A DNA stretch of 64,000 nucleotides from Proteromonas lacertae (lineage: Eukaryota): contig NGBS01000321.1 in the NCBI GenBank assembly GCA_002245135.1, positions 1 to 64,000 of the forward strand, in the 5' to 3' direction. Each line of letters starts with the position of its first letter. Positions within the stretch are counted from its first letter, which is position 1. This document shows, in pieces, positions 40,063 to 52,852 of the stretch. Below the pieces are notes generated by a model, which saw only the letters and a list, made by a program, of their open reading frames with translations, ran no database searches and was not told the DNA's origin. The position numbers were made by a program, and so were the translations under genes.

Positions 40063-41987
40063 TTATTGTTGTAAATCAACCTCAGAGATAGGCATATTCA
40101 CAATAGCAGTAATTAAAGGAATTGTACTCTTTTCATCAACCACAAACACTTTCACTTCATCAGCACAACCATTAGGATCAATACAATAAATATCAGTCTC
40201 TAAATCATACGCAACACCTGATACTAATACAGGTATTACTAACAATGACTGTTGTAATCGATATATATAATGATTATACACAAAAGATACAGGAACATCT
40301 CTTAATAAGATTTTACCAGTATTTTGTATTGTGATATGAATACGGAAATGAGGACCTAATCCTTGTACAGTTGCATTTAATCTTACAGAGTTTTGACTGT
40401 TGTAACTGACTGGTGCACTTCCTTCACTGATTATCTTAACATATGCTCTAGCTGCATTTAATCTTATACGACATAAATCACCTTGGAATATTCTATGCAT
40501 TTCAATAGCTCTTTCTCTCTCACGCTGTGTTTGATCAACATATAATTTAGTTTTCTTTGGTACTTTTAAAGGAATATCTTGTTCTGGTGGAGGTCCTGGT
40601 TGTTGTGAGGATGATAATAAATTGGTTTTTCTTCTCAACATTTTAACAGTTAAAGTTCCTGATTTATCAGCTATAATTAAACTGTGTGGAGCTCTACCAT
40701 ATTTACCAAATATAATAGCAGTTGGAACACCATTAATTTTGAATGTATAAATTAATGTTTTTTCATTATACAATCTAATTTCACCATTTCTTAAACCAAC
40801 AATAATACAAGTGGTTAAATACGTACTTTGAACATTCATTTCACTAAGACATAATAAATCATCATTAAAATAGACAGTATAAGCTTTCTTACCTTTATTA
40901 TGATAACAATGTAAAGTATTATCCATACAACCAATAATTGTATAATATTTGGTTGGAATTAAGCAAATACCAATTGGAGGACTACCAGTTTCAAAGACAG
41001 TTCCTAATAATTTACTATTCTTTATTGTATAAATAACACCATCTCTACAAGCTACAGCAATACGATATTCAACATCATAACAACCACTAACACTGAAGAA
41101 TGTTGGAACACCAGGTATTTTGATTTGTTCAAGTATATTACTAGCCCATTGGTCTAATATCCATACTGCTTTTGATTCTGTACCAATTACTAAACTTGCA
41201 ATAGATTGTTCTTCTTGGATTGATTTATATAAAGTTGTCATACAGGTTATTACAGTATGCTGTTCTAATTTAACATTTTTGACTCTTTCTACGAATTCTT
41301 GTGGGTTTTCTTGAGATAGGAATTCTATTGATCTGCTACTTAATTGAACACCATTTTCTTTGATGGATGTTAATTGCTTGAAGGCTTCTTCTATGTTTGT
41401 ATTGTCATTTGCAAGATTTGCCCATACCGCTGTTTCTCTTATATCTAAATCAATTGGTGGTATTGTCTAGAATGTAATAAATACATAAAAATCTATACGA
41501 ATTTAAAATATGGTTTTAAACTTTTGTAGATGAAAACGGATGAACCAGAAGCAACTGCGATTGCTGGAATATGTGGTGCATTATCATCTATTATAATTTA
41601 ACCATTTTAAGTATTATACCTTGATAAAAAGAACATACAGCAACTGGAACACCTAATAATTCTAATTCTGATTGCAAATTGGTATTACGAAAGACTTTCA
41701 ATCTACAATCGATATTTCCAACAATTAATTTTGAATCACCATCTCCAAAAACATCACTTACTTGTATACTTCTAAAAAAAGAATAATATAATCAATATAC
41801 CCTGAGTATGCTTTGACACCAGCAACTGGATCAGTCCAAGCATCCAACCATGGATCTATATAATGGTGAGTTTAAAAAATTTAAAAATACTCTCAACTGC
41901 TGGTTCTTTTGTTTCTTGTACACTTCTCTCAGGCTGTAAAGGTGCCTGTTCTTCTGTTGTTTCTTCTTTAAAGTCCTCCTTATTCAT
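40063..41987 (-). CDS. BBS1: Bardet-Biedl syndrome 1 protein (BBSome subunit)
   Basis: WLDAWTDPVAGV, DVFGDGDSKL, PAIAVASGSSVFIYKSLKPYFKF, LVIGTESK, PPPEQDIPLKVPKKTKLYVDQTQRERE, VQGLGPHF and ITAIVNMPISE; four short introns in the 5' part. Confidence 0.97.
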
Positions 41988-42077
41988 CAAAATTAAAAAA
42001 CTGAAAAAGAATACACCTAATACACTTAATACAACTGTATTATTTTTGATTCATTTTTATTTTGAATTAAAAAATAT

Positions 42078-42826
42078 ATGGGAAGTCGATCAAGATCAGG
42101 TTCAAGTATATATTTTATACATCCATAATTATTGCATAGGAAGCCGTTCCCCAGACAGAAGACATAGTGAAAGTATATTTGGAATTCTTTTATTTCTATA
42201 GGAAGAAGATCGCATAGTGGTTCAAATAGACGTTTTAGATCAGATCTTCCCAGTATGAATGCATTTTGAATAGTCTGTTTATATAGAAAGCGAAAGTATT
42301 TGCGGAGGATGTGGAAAAAAAGGTCATTATGCAAGGGAATGTCCAGAAAAAGAGTGCAATTTATGTCACAGAAAAGGTCACATAGCCAGAATTTGTCCTG
42401 AGAGAAGACAACAAATAAAGTAAAGATGTTGATTTTATTCCTTGGGTAGATGCTATAACTGCGGAAGAGTAGGTCATTTTGCAAGAGATTGTGTATAATT
42501 ATAAACTATTTTTGTAGCGTGAACGATACTCTCGTAGTCGTTCTAGATCAAGCCATCGTCATCGTCATCACAGTCACCATCGTTATAACAGAGATAGAAG
42601 CTATTCAAATAGCAGAGGTCGTTATGAAAATCGAAGAAGAACTCCTTCTATTTCTAAATCTCGATCATTATCTCCTTCACCTATTAATAATCCACCAATA
42701 GATCAATCAAATCCTCCACCACCTTCACAATCTCCGCCAAGAACAGAAGAACGATTAGGAAATAGAGAAGATAGCAGAAGTAGAAGCAGAAGCAGAAGTT
42801 TAAGTGGATCACCTGTAAAAGAATGA
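42078..42826 (+). CDS. RS-rich protein with three CCHC zinc knuckles (SR-like RNA-binding protein)
   Basis: Spliced from several tiny exons: MGSRSRSGS...CGGCGKKGHYAREC, CNLCHRKGHIARIC, CYNCGRVGHFARDC, then RSRSRS tracts; TGA at 42824-42826. Confidence 0.85.
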
Positions 42827-42964
42827 GTTAATAAACATTTAGAATACGATTATTATTCATATTATTTGATTTAATTTTGAGTTTTGTTGTTAATTACAAT
42901 AACACACATAGATTAAGATAATTCATACTAATAAAATTAAATAACATATAATATATATGTAATG

Positions 42965-44620
42965 TTACTTATTTGGAGAAGTATTAGCTGTACTACCCTC
43001 AGTTCTACATGATTCTTTAGGAAAATCCCACTGTGTTCTATTATGAACTGTATCTAAATAATATTTATCACCATCTTCAGTATAACATCTTCTCCAACCA
43101 GGTGGTATAATTTCAGTACAATATAACTTATCAAGATAAAATGCAGCTTTTGGATGTAATAGACTTTTCTCCTGTGTAATTGAATTGACATAATAATTAG
43201 TATCATCTTTATTAGTCATTTTCTTCCATACTGATGGTAATGGATCAGTATCTATTAATACCTCAGATTTATAATTATTATCTTCTTGTTTTAATTCATC
43301 ACATATTGGGCAAATCGTTAGTGTATTATTCATATTATTTTCATCATAAATAAACTGTTTTACACAATCAGAACATACATTGGAACAACATAAATGACAT
43401 ATTTTCCTTTTATCTTGTGGTAACTCTTTAGCAATATTTGGACATTTCGGATTACAACATTGATCATTCATTATTAATGCAACTTTGTCTTTCATTTCTG
43501 TTAAATTCGATAATCGTTCTCTTATTGCATCTTTGATTGTTTTCATCCATTCATTTTTAGCGTTTATTGATTTGGCTTGTAATACAATACAATAGGTTGG
43601 TGTATATATTGAAAATTGTGATTTATCTTCATCTGTTATATCTGATCTTACTGGAATTACATCTTTTATTGATATATATTCTATAGTAATATAAATAATA
43701 AAAATGTAACATACTTAAATCAAATGAATTTTGGTATTGTAATTTATTTGGATTCTCTTTATCTGGAGCATTTGTTGCTAATAACAATAAATCATTAAAC
43801 AATATTAACATAATTGTTTCAACTGTAGAATGATGAGTTACTTTAATAAATGAATCCATTTTAATAAACTGCCTGATGGCTTTACGCTTTAATCTTGGAT
43901 CATTACCTAATCTTTCATATATATCTGTTATATTAGAAAATTCTTCGAAATTTCCAGCATATTTATTACATTCTGCTGCTAATTCTTTTACTTGATCTAT
44001 CACTTTGTCTATTTTTTCTATTACTGTTTCATTTCCTTCAGATTTTTGATATTGCTTTTTTAATTCAGCAAATAGTAAATTATATCTTGGTATTCTTTGT
44101 GTTGGCATAATAACTAAACTCTATATATATAAATGAATGAATATAATAAAAAATACATCTAAATTTTGTCCCATAAATTCACTTCTTGAATGAACTTCTG
44201 AAAAGAAAAGATTCAACTCATTTTGTTCTAATGATGCTAATACACTTTTAGCATGTAAGTAATTTCTCAAATATGGCTCATACACGTGAAACATCCCAAC
44301 ATTGTCTAATAAGGCATTTATAATATTATCACGGTATTGTATGGATAATGCTCCAGATTCATCTTTTTTTGGTACACTTTCATCAGTCATAGCTGAGTAG
44401 ATTTTTTTGTGAAGTTCAACTATTGGACCAAATGATTGTAAAAACGTGATTGTATCTTTATCTCTACGACATAATTTTGGTAGATATTTATTTAATAGAG
44501 GTTTTGCGATAAATTGTTGAAATAATCTTCAAATAAAATAAAAATATACTTCATCCAGTTCAAATAGCTTTCTTCAGTGTTTTCAATTTCTTGTACAACA
44601 AATAACTCCTTTCCAGACAT
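42965..44620 (-). CDS. RhoGEF with DH-PH-FYVE-like zinc finger-WW-WW architecture
   Basis: VVQEIENTEESYL and MPTQRIPRYNLLFAEL (DH); ILFNDLLLLA and KNEWMKTI (PH); CHLCCSNVCSDC...CPIC; LPSVWKK...YYVN and IPPGWRR...YYLDTVHNRTQWDFP (WW). First intron 44527-44549 (23 nt). Confidence 0.88.
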
Positions 44621-44728
44621 GTTAAAATCACAAAAATCAAAATCAAACTCAAACCTAAAAGCTTGACAAAAATTTTGTTTTTCTTTTTTTAAGCTAAATA
44701 AAACACATTTATCAACGAATTTTTAATA

Positions 44729-46124
44729 TTATTTATATGCCAATAAAACACAATTCTCTGGAGAAGTAGAAACATCACAATAATACTTCAATTCACATTT
44801 CATTCCTAAATTCTCATTAATAAACCTCATTCTTCCATAATCAATCAATCTCTTCACTTTACGTCCTATACTAATCTTCTTGATCAATATTTAACGAATA
44901 CTCATCACTCACTCTATCAGGATTTTTTGCATCTAATAAAGCCCAACTACTCAACTTCGTTAGTTGTTCAAAAGCACAACCATTAAATCCCAATTCTTTG
45001 AATGTATTAATACCAGTATAATCTTTCCAAATACATCTATGATGACAACATAGTGCAATTTCAATACACTTTAATTTAGAAATTACGTTTGGACTGTTTT
45101 TAACAGAAGTTAATGTTAAATCAGTAGCAACACCACATAGATGTTTAGACATTATTACAATATTATTACTATTATTGGAATCATCATTAATATAAGGACA
45201 TTTATCTAAATATAGATCTTTAATATCCATTCTTATTCTACCAAAATTAATTTTATCTTTTCTCAATTGAGAATCAGCTTTGTGTCTAATATTTGCTCTA
45301 TCAATAAGTAGAAATTGACTATTATTTATATGTTCAATTGGTATTATATTTGTTACAGTTAAACTTAAATTACCTTTACCTGCACCCATTTCTATATACA
45401 AATTATCACTTTCTATTATGTTATATATTTTATTTATATTCTCTACAAGTGAACATTGTTGTTCAATATGACGTAATACTGATGTATGTTGTGCTCCTAG
45501 ATCTTTATATTTTTTACAATATTCTATAGATTTTGGTAATGTACAACTGATATTTGTTTCTATCGTAGTTGGATATAGTTTATCGTAAAGTGTGTTTATT
45601 TTTGAGATTAATGTTATTATATCTGATGGTGTGTATGTTATTTCTATTATTTTCTCTTCTACTCCACAATTTAAATTCTCAGAATAATAAGGATGTGTTT
45701 TTAATTCATCATTCTCTGTTTTACGTTGACAAATTTGTATATGCTTTTTTAGAGAGGATTTTGTTATTGTGTGTGTTGGATCTATTGGACAAGTGACTCT
45801 TATATTATCTTCATCTTTTTCATCAACTGGACAATGGTTTCCACAATATAATGATCCTGTTTTTCTTTGAAAACCACAATATCTTCTTTTCTTTTCTATA
45901 AAAAACATACATCTATCCCACTCTTTAGATTTTTCATTCTCTTCCGACTTTTTATCTCTTCTAATTCTTCTTGCACTTTTGTTTACAGTTTCTGTCTTTA
46001 TATCTATGTTTGTGCTAATATTTTCTATTTTTTCTTCCACTTCCATATCAATAGATTCATCAGTTTTTGATTTTTTAGTTTTTGGCATTTCAATTTCTTC
46101 TGTGGATGGAGTTTTTCTATTCAT
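44729..46124 (-). CDS. TRMT13: tRNA position-4 2'-O-methyltransferase TRM13
   Basis: CMFFIEKKRRYC...YCGNH and CPIDPTHT...HIQIC zinc fingers, IEMGAGKG, MDIKDL, SKHLCGVATDL, IALCCHHRC. The C-terminal IGRKVKRLIDYGR...SPENCVL exon is reached by a 31- or 34-nt GT-AG intron near 44871-44915. Confidence 0.95.
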
Positions 46125-46160
46125 TAAAAAAGCTCGGCTTGAACTGTTTTTCACTTAAAA
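46125..46160. promoter_or_regulatory. Minimal bidirectional promoter region between TRM13 and UBXN7-like start codons
   Basis: Only 36 bp separate the divergent ATGs; contains GCTTGA at 46137-46142. Confidence 0.55.
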
Positions 46161-47447
46161 ATGGATGAAAGAAAGAGAATGAAGGTTAATAGAATTAGTG
46201 ATTTACTAAATATTGATAGAAAGACAGTTGAAGCATATTTAGAAGCTTATAATTATGATGAAGATAATACTATTAAAGAACTGCAGTTGATGTTATCGTT
46301 TGATATGCCGAAGTATTTCATTATAAGAATTTTAATGATATATTCATAGAAAACGACGAAATACGGATAGTGTTGAAAATCAAACGAAGCGAAGTAGAAT
46401 GGATGAACATATTTGTATTAATATATTATATTATGAGTCTTATATAGTTTCTGATTTTGGAGATTATTATCCACAACAAGCTCCACCTCCAGATGATTCA
46501 GATGAAAAATTTCAGAAGTTGTTTTCACCGCCATTTGATATTGAAGAATATGGATCATTTGATCAAGTATATTGCTGTCATTTATTTTAGATAAAACAAA
46601 AAGCATCTAAATCAAACAAATGGATTTTGATTAATATACAAGATAATGACAATTTTGATTCTTTAAAACTGAATCGTGATCTTTGGAAGAACGAAGCAGT
46701 TAAATCAATAATAAAAGAGTCATTTATTTTCTGGCAAGTATAAATCAAACAAAATTTAATGTGTAATAGATACATAGCTCTCAAGAAGATTCAAATCATT
46801 TTAAATTATTCTATAATGTCACCATATATCCATTTTTAGGTATAATACATCCGCGAACAGGTGAATTAGTAAAAACATTGAAATGTGTATATGAAACACC
46901 AGATTTGTTGTTAACATCAGTTGTAGCAGATTGTATAAATTATAATATTTTATAATTTTATGTAGTAATTGATTTTCTTGATAATAATGTTCTATTACCT
47001 CTGGAAGATTATAATAAATCTGTAAAAACATCTGCAAAAGATAAAGATGAAGAATACTTCGATTTAATATCAGATCACGAAGATGATACAGAAGATGAAA
47101 CATTAGCACCAAAGCCATCACCTGATACTACCGTTGTTATAAATACACCTCCTGCAGAAGTAGAACAATATAAAATCACAGAAGTACCTGATGATGAAAC
47201 ACAGAATGTATCATCAATAAAATTAGTTTTTCCTGATGGTAAGTTTGCATTGAAAAAGTTTTATAACAATTCGAAGGTTGGTGAATTATTTGTTTGGACT
47301 AAAAATGAGAATAAAGAAGCCAAAGAAAAGAAATTTGAATTAATACAAAGGTTTCCAAAGAAAGATTTGTCAGAATGCAAAGATCAAACAATTGAAGAGT
47401 GTAATTTAGGAAATTCAACAATTGCTTTGAGATGGATCGAGTCTTAA
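46161..47447 (+). CDS. UBXN7: UBXN7/Ubx5-like p97 adaptor (UBA-like, UAS, UBX)
   Basis: LFSPPFDI, KWILINIQDNDNFDSLKLNRDLWKNEAVKSIIKESFIFWQ (UAS); IKLVFPDG...FELIQRFPKKDL...TIEECNLGNS (UBX); several short introns. Confidence 0.85.
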
Positions 47448-47845
47448 CATTTATATTTTTATGTAGTTAACATTTTAATAGTTTTATATAATATTTACTT
47501 GTAGTATTGATTCAGTTGAATAAAATAATTGCAAATATTTGATACTGCAAGTATGTGAAAGATAAATCTAAAAACACGACCATTTGCTCTATTCCACACT
47601 TTCAAGTCGTTCAAACCACATCTCAGCTTAGCAAGAATAATCGATTCAAATTGAGTAGAAAAACGATAGATTTAATTATATTTCTAGAAACAATAAAAAT
47701 AAGCCCACCTGAGGCTTTATTTAATATATAAATTCTATTAAACGTTGCTAACAAGAATAATTCAGTTACACAAAGTATCTATCCTTTATATTACTTATTA
47801 TCTCATCAATTATCAATTATTATTTTATATTGTAGATTATTAATC

Positions 47846-48063
47846 ATGCCAACTCACGAAAAAGATCATCACTCACAAAACGTTAATGATAAACCAAAGA
47901 AAGGTAAGATCGCATTATAATCTCTGTTTGTATAGATGGTGCTGGTGGTAAAGGAACTTGGGGTAAGCCAGGAACAGACGATTTAAATATCAGTTCTGAA
48001 CCTTTAGATAAGAACGATCCAGCATACAGTGACACAGTCACACCCAAAGAAGATGACAAGTAA
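47846..48063 (+). CDS. 61-aa microprotein with PDCD4-N-terminal/Stf2-like PKKxGAGGKGxWG...DPxY motif
   Basis: Exons 47846-47903 and 47936-48063 with a GTAAG...TAG intron (32 nt) give MPTHEKDHHSQNVNDKPKKDGAGGKGTWGKPGTDDLNISSEPLDKNDPAYSDTVTPKEDDK. Probable 5'UTR intron 47775-47835; TGTTTGTT at 48098. Confidence 0.85.
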
Positions 48064-48158
48064 ATATATTTGCATATGTCTCTTATTATTATTATTATGT
48101 TTGTTAAAGTTTTAAGTGATATGATTTTATATTGGGTATTAAAAACAATTGAAAAATA

Positions 48159-49781
48159 CTAAGTCTTACATCTTAACATTGAACCGCATTCATCTTTCCA
48201 ATCTTGAAAACTACAATCTTTCATACCTGATTCTCTTATTCTTTCTTTCATATATCTTCTTACTACACTCCATGAACAGAATCTATAGATCAAATACATT
48301 ATAAATAACTAATAATACGCAGATTTTCTACACTCATCAATATCCAACTTCACATCCTCTTCATTCACAACAATTCTAATTTTATACTCATTTTCACATT
48401 TATATAATTCAAAATGAATATTAGCTGCCATTGGAACAATAGAACTTCCTCTCCAAGACCTTGGTTCATTAAAACTAGTCACATTCAACAAACCAGTAGA
48501 ATTAAACAGATTCAATAATCCAAATAACGGCATAATAGTCTCAGCATGACCAAATTTAAAGTCCATAATATAATCAATGTTATTATTACTAACTACATTA
48601 TCTATTGATTCTATTATATTATTTAATAATAAACATGAATGACTATAAATGATTGGATTATCACCAGAACCTCTTCCGTAATAACTCTATATAAATAAAT
48701 AAATTAAACAATAATAAATACGAAATAATCATCAATAAAATTAAAAAAACTCAAAATTTCACCATAATTTGTAAATAATGAACAAAAAGAAGAAGATGAA
48801 TGTGATGTTATATTATTATATCCATTCATATTTTTATAATCTGTACAAACCAACATTTGACAAGCGTGATACAATAATTGTACAACATCTTCACCATTTT
48901 TAATATAATTAATATATTCATCATAAAATATATCATTCAATAATGGTTTCACTATAGAATGACCATATGTTTTATAGATTTCTTTAACATCTTTATACCA
49001 CGATTTTAGATGATAATATTCTTGATATTTTGTACAAGTCTCAAAACTTCTAAGTATGGAATATCGATGACCGTATTCGTCTATATTATTGAATACTTCA
49101 CAACTTGGTGGAGGTTCTACAGTTTCCATGTATGCTAAAGGTATCTTATTCTTTATTAAATTATCTATTATATATTTATATAACAAAATAATTTATACTT
49201 TTACATATATCTCTTGTTTGAATCGCTCGTTCTTTATTAGTTGAATCAAAACGGATCTTTTTATTTTCATTGGCGGATTTGAAAAACTTTTCATGTTTTT
49301 TATATAATCTATCCATCATTGATCCTAATATTTTGTGGGAATTGGGTGATAGTTTTCCATATTTACCTTCTTCATATTTATAGTAATCATCTAACCAATC
49401 TAATATTTCTGTTTTCTTTAAGCCAGAATCAGCAGAAGCTGATTTTATATCTTCATTCAATGAATCTTTTTTACTTTTGTCTAAACTATATCTTGTACCA
49501 TGTCTGTGTATTGCATAAATGTATTGAATTTCACAACTATCAGGAACTTGTTCATTCTACATTTTATTCATCATAAATCAATTTTATACTTCTATATTGG
49601 GAGATGGGGGAGAGTAAGGAGATTTTCTGGAAAATAAAGCTCTGTAGCCATGCTATAGACAATATTTATACATTTCTTATACTTCATTAATAGCTTCTTG
49701 ATCAGTAAGAGGAAATGCATATGAATATTTTAAAAATACTAAGAAAAATAGTATATTTACTGTAGTTAAGACGATAGTCAT
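48159..49781 (-). CDS. MINPP1: Secreted histidine acid phosphatase, MINPP1/phytase-like
   Basis: Hydrophobic N-terminus MTIVLTTVNILFFLVFLKYSYA; RHGTRY catalytic motif near 49490-49505; FGHAETIMP and WRGSSIVPMAANIHFELYKC. Confidence 0.88.
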
Positions 49782-49912
49782 CTTTTAAACTTCAAACCTT
49801 CAAGCTGATTCTTCTAAAAACAAACAGGATAACACAAAAGAACATAATATAAACGTAAATTAATAATTAAAATATAATGATGATAAGGGGAATACTATAA
49901 ATAATTAAAAGA

Positions 49913-50863
49913 CTATTGTTCATTTTGTTGATTTAAAATATTATCTACATTAGGAGATGGAAAGCAATCCATTGGCGATTTCAATGAGTTTATTGGTGTA
50001 GGAGGGAATTTTAAAGGTTGTAATAATCCCTATAGTAATTATAAATTACAATAATCAATACAAAAGATGATAATGGAGAACCTAGTGGAGATTGTTGAGG
50101 TGGTGTTGGAAATAAATAATTCTGTTTTGACTTATCATCACCATCATCATTCTCCATCGAATTATTCAATTCATTGGCTTCATTATTTTCATTGTTCATT
50201 TCTAATTCATTATCATCATCGTTATTATTGTTGTTATTACTATCTTCATCCATATCATTATCATTATCATTATCATCTCTTTCCATTTCTATTGGTTCAA
50301 CTCCTTCATTGTCATTATCTTCTTCTTCTTCATTTGCCATATCTGATGCAATTCTTTCTTCTTGTTCTTTCAGTTTTGTATTTAACTCCTTTAAAAAATC
50401 TAAAGTTTTACTTAATATTGAGATTTTATCTTTCTTTACCTCTATTCCTTGTTCTTTTAGTAATTTTTGTAATTTGTACATTGCATCATTTAGTCTTCTC
50501 GTTCTTTTTCTCTCTATCTGTTTGTGTATATCTTTATTCTCAATATCACTTCTTTTTCTTCTATTGATAATTCAAAAAAAAAAATAGTTTCAAATATACC
50601 TTTTAACTTCTGGTTGTATTTCTATTGTTGGCGTATCTGGAGACAATTTCAGAGAAGAAAGCTAATTAATGTGATATTGTTATGAAATATACACTATATG
50701 ATTCTTTTAACGGTTGTGAAGTATAATCCATAGATGAATCTCGAGGCGTTGTGTCTTGCTCTGTTGCATATACTGGAATTCGAGACATTATATCATTATC
50801 TGCGTTAGAATCATCTACTGACTTCATTTTCCTACTAGATGATCTTTTCACTCCTCGAGGCAT
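49913..50863 (-). CDS. bHLH transcription factor with acidic/Asn-rich region
   Basis: HKQIERKRTRRLNDAMYKLQKLL...KKDKISILSKTLDFLKEL is a basic helix-loop-helix pattern; three short introns; TAG at 49913-49915. Confidence 0.85.
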
Positions 50864-50920
50864 GAAGTAAATTCAAAAAGAAAAACTAAAAAAGCTTGAT
50901 ACTATATTTGAGAATTAAAA

Positions 50921-52852
50921 ATGCAAATAAACCCTTTCTTCTCATTTTCTAACGATATATCGTTGGGATACATTCAAGCACCACAAATGTCTCCTATTTC
51001 ATCCAATGAAATTCATTTTTCAGGTATAATTCTGTGTTTTATATAGATTAGATAATTCATCTCCTCAATTAGATGGTAAATGTGAATGTTTATATCACAA
51101 TAAAAAATATATTGAATATCAAGATCATTTTTCCTGTTTACTTGAAGATAATAAAGAGAAAATTGTTGAGGAATCAAATTATTTTTTAAGATCTAATGAA
51201 TTACCTGTTTCATTTGATTTACTAAATGAAAGTATAGCAGAAGATAAAGAAATATCTAAACAACAAATGGTATATGATGAAAGTATAGGAAATCAACTTT
51301 TTGTTTATCATCATTTAAACAATAATAATTACTATTTATTTCATCCAATTGGTGGATTCAATGAATATTTAGGATGTAATGAATTGGTACCAAATAATAC
51401 CGTTAATAGTAAAGATTATAAATCATTTTCTGCTGAGATTTATTGTGATACAACCATTTTAAGTATTAATCATTTTACTGATATAACAAAAGGAATTATA
51501 GTGAATACAAGGTGCCATTTGTTTCATTTTGTTATAATAAATGATGATAATAGCCGTAATAACCACAACAGTAATAAATAAATATTAATTTGTTACATAA
51601 ATTTGAAATAATAGGTTCAATAAGTTGTTTTTCAATTAGTCCCATATTTCAATCAGAAGGAATTTATTTAAATAATTATATTATATATAAGTATAATGGT
51701 AATGATTTGCCTAAGCCAGTTATTAATTTACATACAGTAATACATTCTATTGAAGAAAGTGAAAGAGTTATTATCACATATAACAATGTAATAAACACAT
51801 ATTTAATATCTGTTGATAAAACTCTGTATTTATATAATGAAAACACTAATGAGATAAAAGAGATGTATAAATGTTTGGATATAATTAATGGAATTTATAA
51901 CTCAATTATGTATATATATTAATTATACTAAATGTTGAATAGTAATCCATTTCATTTGGTTATTCTAACAGCTGATAAAATACATCTTTTTGATAAAAGA
52001 AATATGAAATGTGAGATGAATGTGATAAAATACTATTATCAATTGCCTTTGACTAAAACATATTCATATATAACAATTGATAATGAAGAAAATATCATTT
52101 TTTAAAATGAAAATAATTAATGAAATTCTTTAACTTTTATTTTTTTCTTACTTTATATGTTATACAGTTTATTACTACCAAATATATTTGTGTTTAAATA
52201 TTCCAATCATTCACTTAGTCATTTAGTTCAATACCAATTATTTCTTAATGTATTTAGTTAATTTATTATTTCATTATATTAATAGAATGATTGTGATATA
52301 AGAGGTGTTTCTGTCTTCTCATTAATAGATCCAAAATATTTAATAGTGCAATTTCATAATGGTGATATATATAAATATAACTTTACATTATCTGAAGATG
52401 ATATAGTAAATAATAAAATACATTATATACCTATAAAACATTTTCAAGAATATACTTTTAAAGATATAAAATCTTTTGAGATATGTAATTTTAATAATTA
52501 CATTCAGAAATATAGTAAAAGTAATGTAAATTCTTATGATGACTATTTAGATTATATAATAGATTTTTTAGAAATTCCAAGGTCATTTGTTGAAATATGT
52601 TATGAATTGATGAATAAGTATAGTATAACAAGAATAGTGATACAGAAGTTGTATGAGTTATTAAAGAAACAAAAACAATTGAAATTATATATATTGCCTT
52701 ACAATTATGACCAAAATACAACTTATCATAAACTATGCAAATGTATACCTCCTTATTGTTGTGGATCCATAAATTGTTGTTCTATGCCTTTTCTGATATG
52801 GTCTAAGAAGAGGGATAACAATGTCACAGAAGAAGATTTAGCAAATTGGTAA
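50921..52852 (+). CDS. Hypothetical multi-exon protein
   Basis: ATG at 50921, short GT-AG introns, co-oriented ORFs 51267..51581, 51590..51922 and 52346..52852; exon structure not fully resolved and no family recognised. Confidence 0.55.

Noticed and set aside
44865..44915. Apparent premature stop or frameshift in TRM13
   Set aside because: A 31-nt GTAT...TAG (or 34-nt GTGAG...AAG) intron restores the frame to the conserved C-terminus.
47448..47774. Possible ncRNA in the comparatively long intergenic gap
   Set aside because: No tRNA cloverleaf, snoRNA box pair or convincing hairpin recognised by eye; more simply the upstream region of the microprotein gene.
50067..50587. His/Tyr-rich and Ser/Leu-rich plus-strand ORFs (also 39440..39742 on the minus strand)
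   Set aside because: Antisense readings of low-complexity trinucleotide tracts in the bHLH and Pro/Gln-rich genes.
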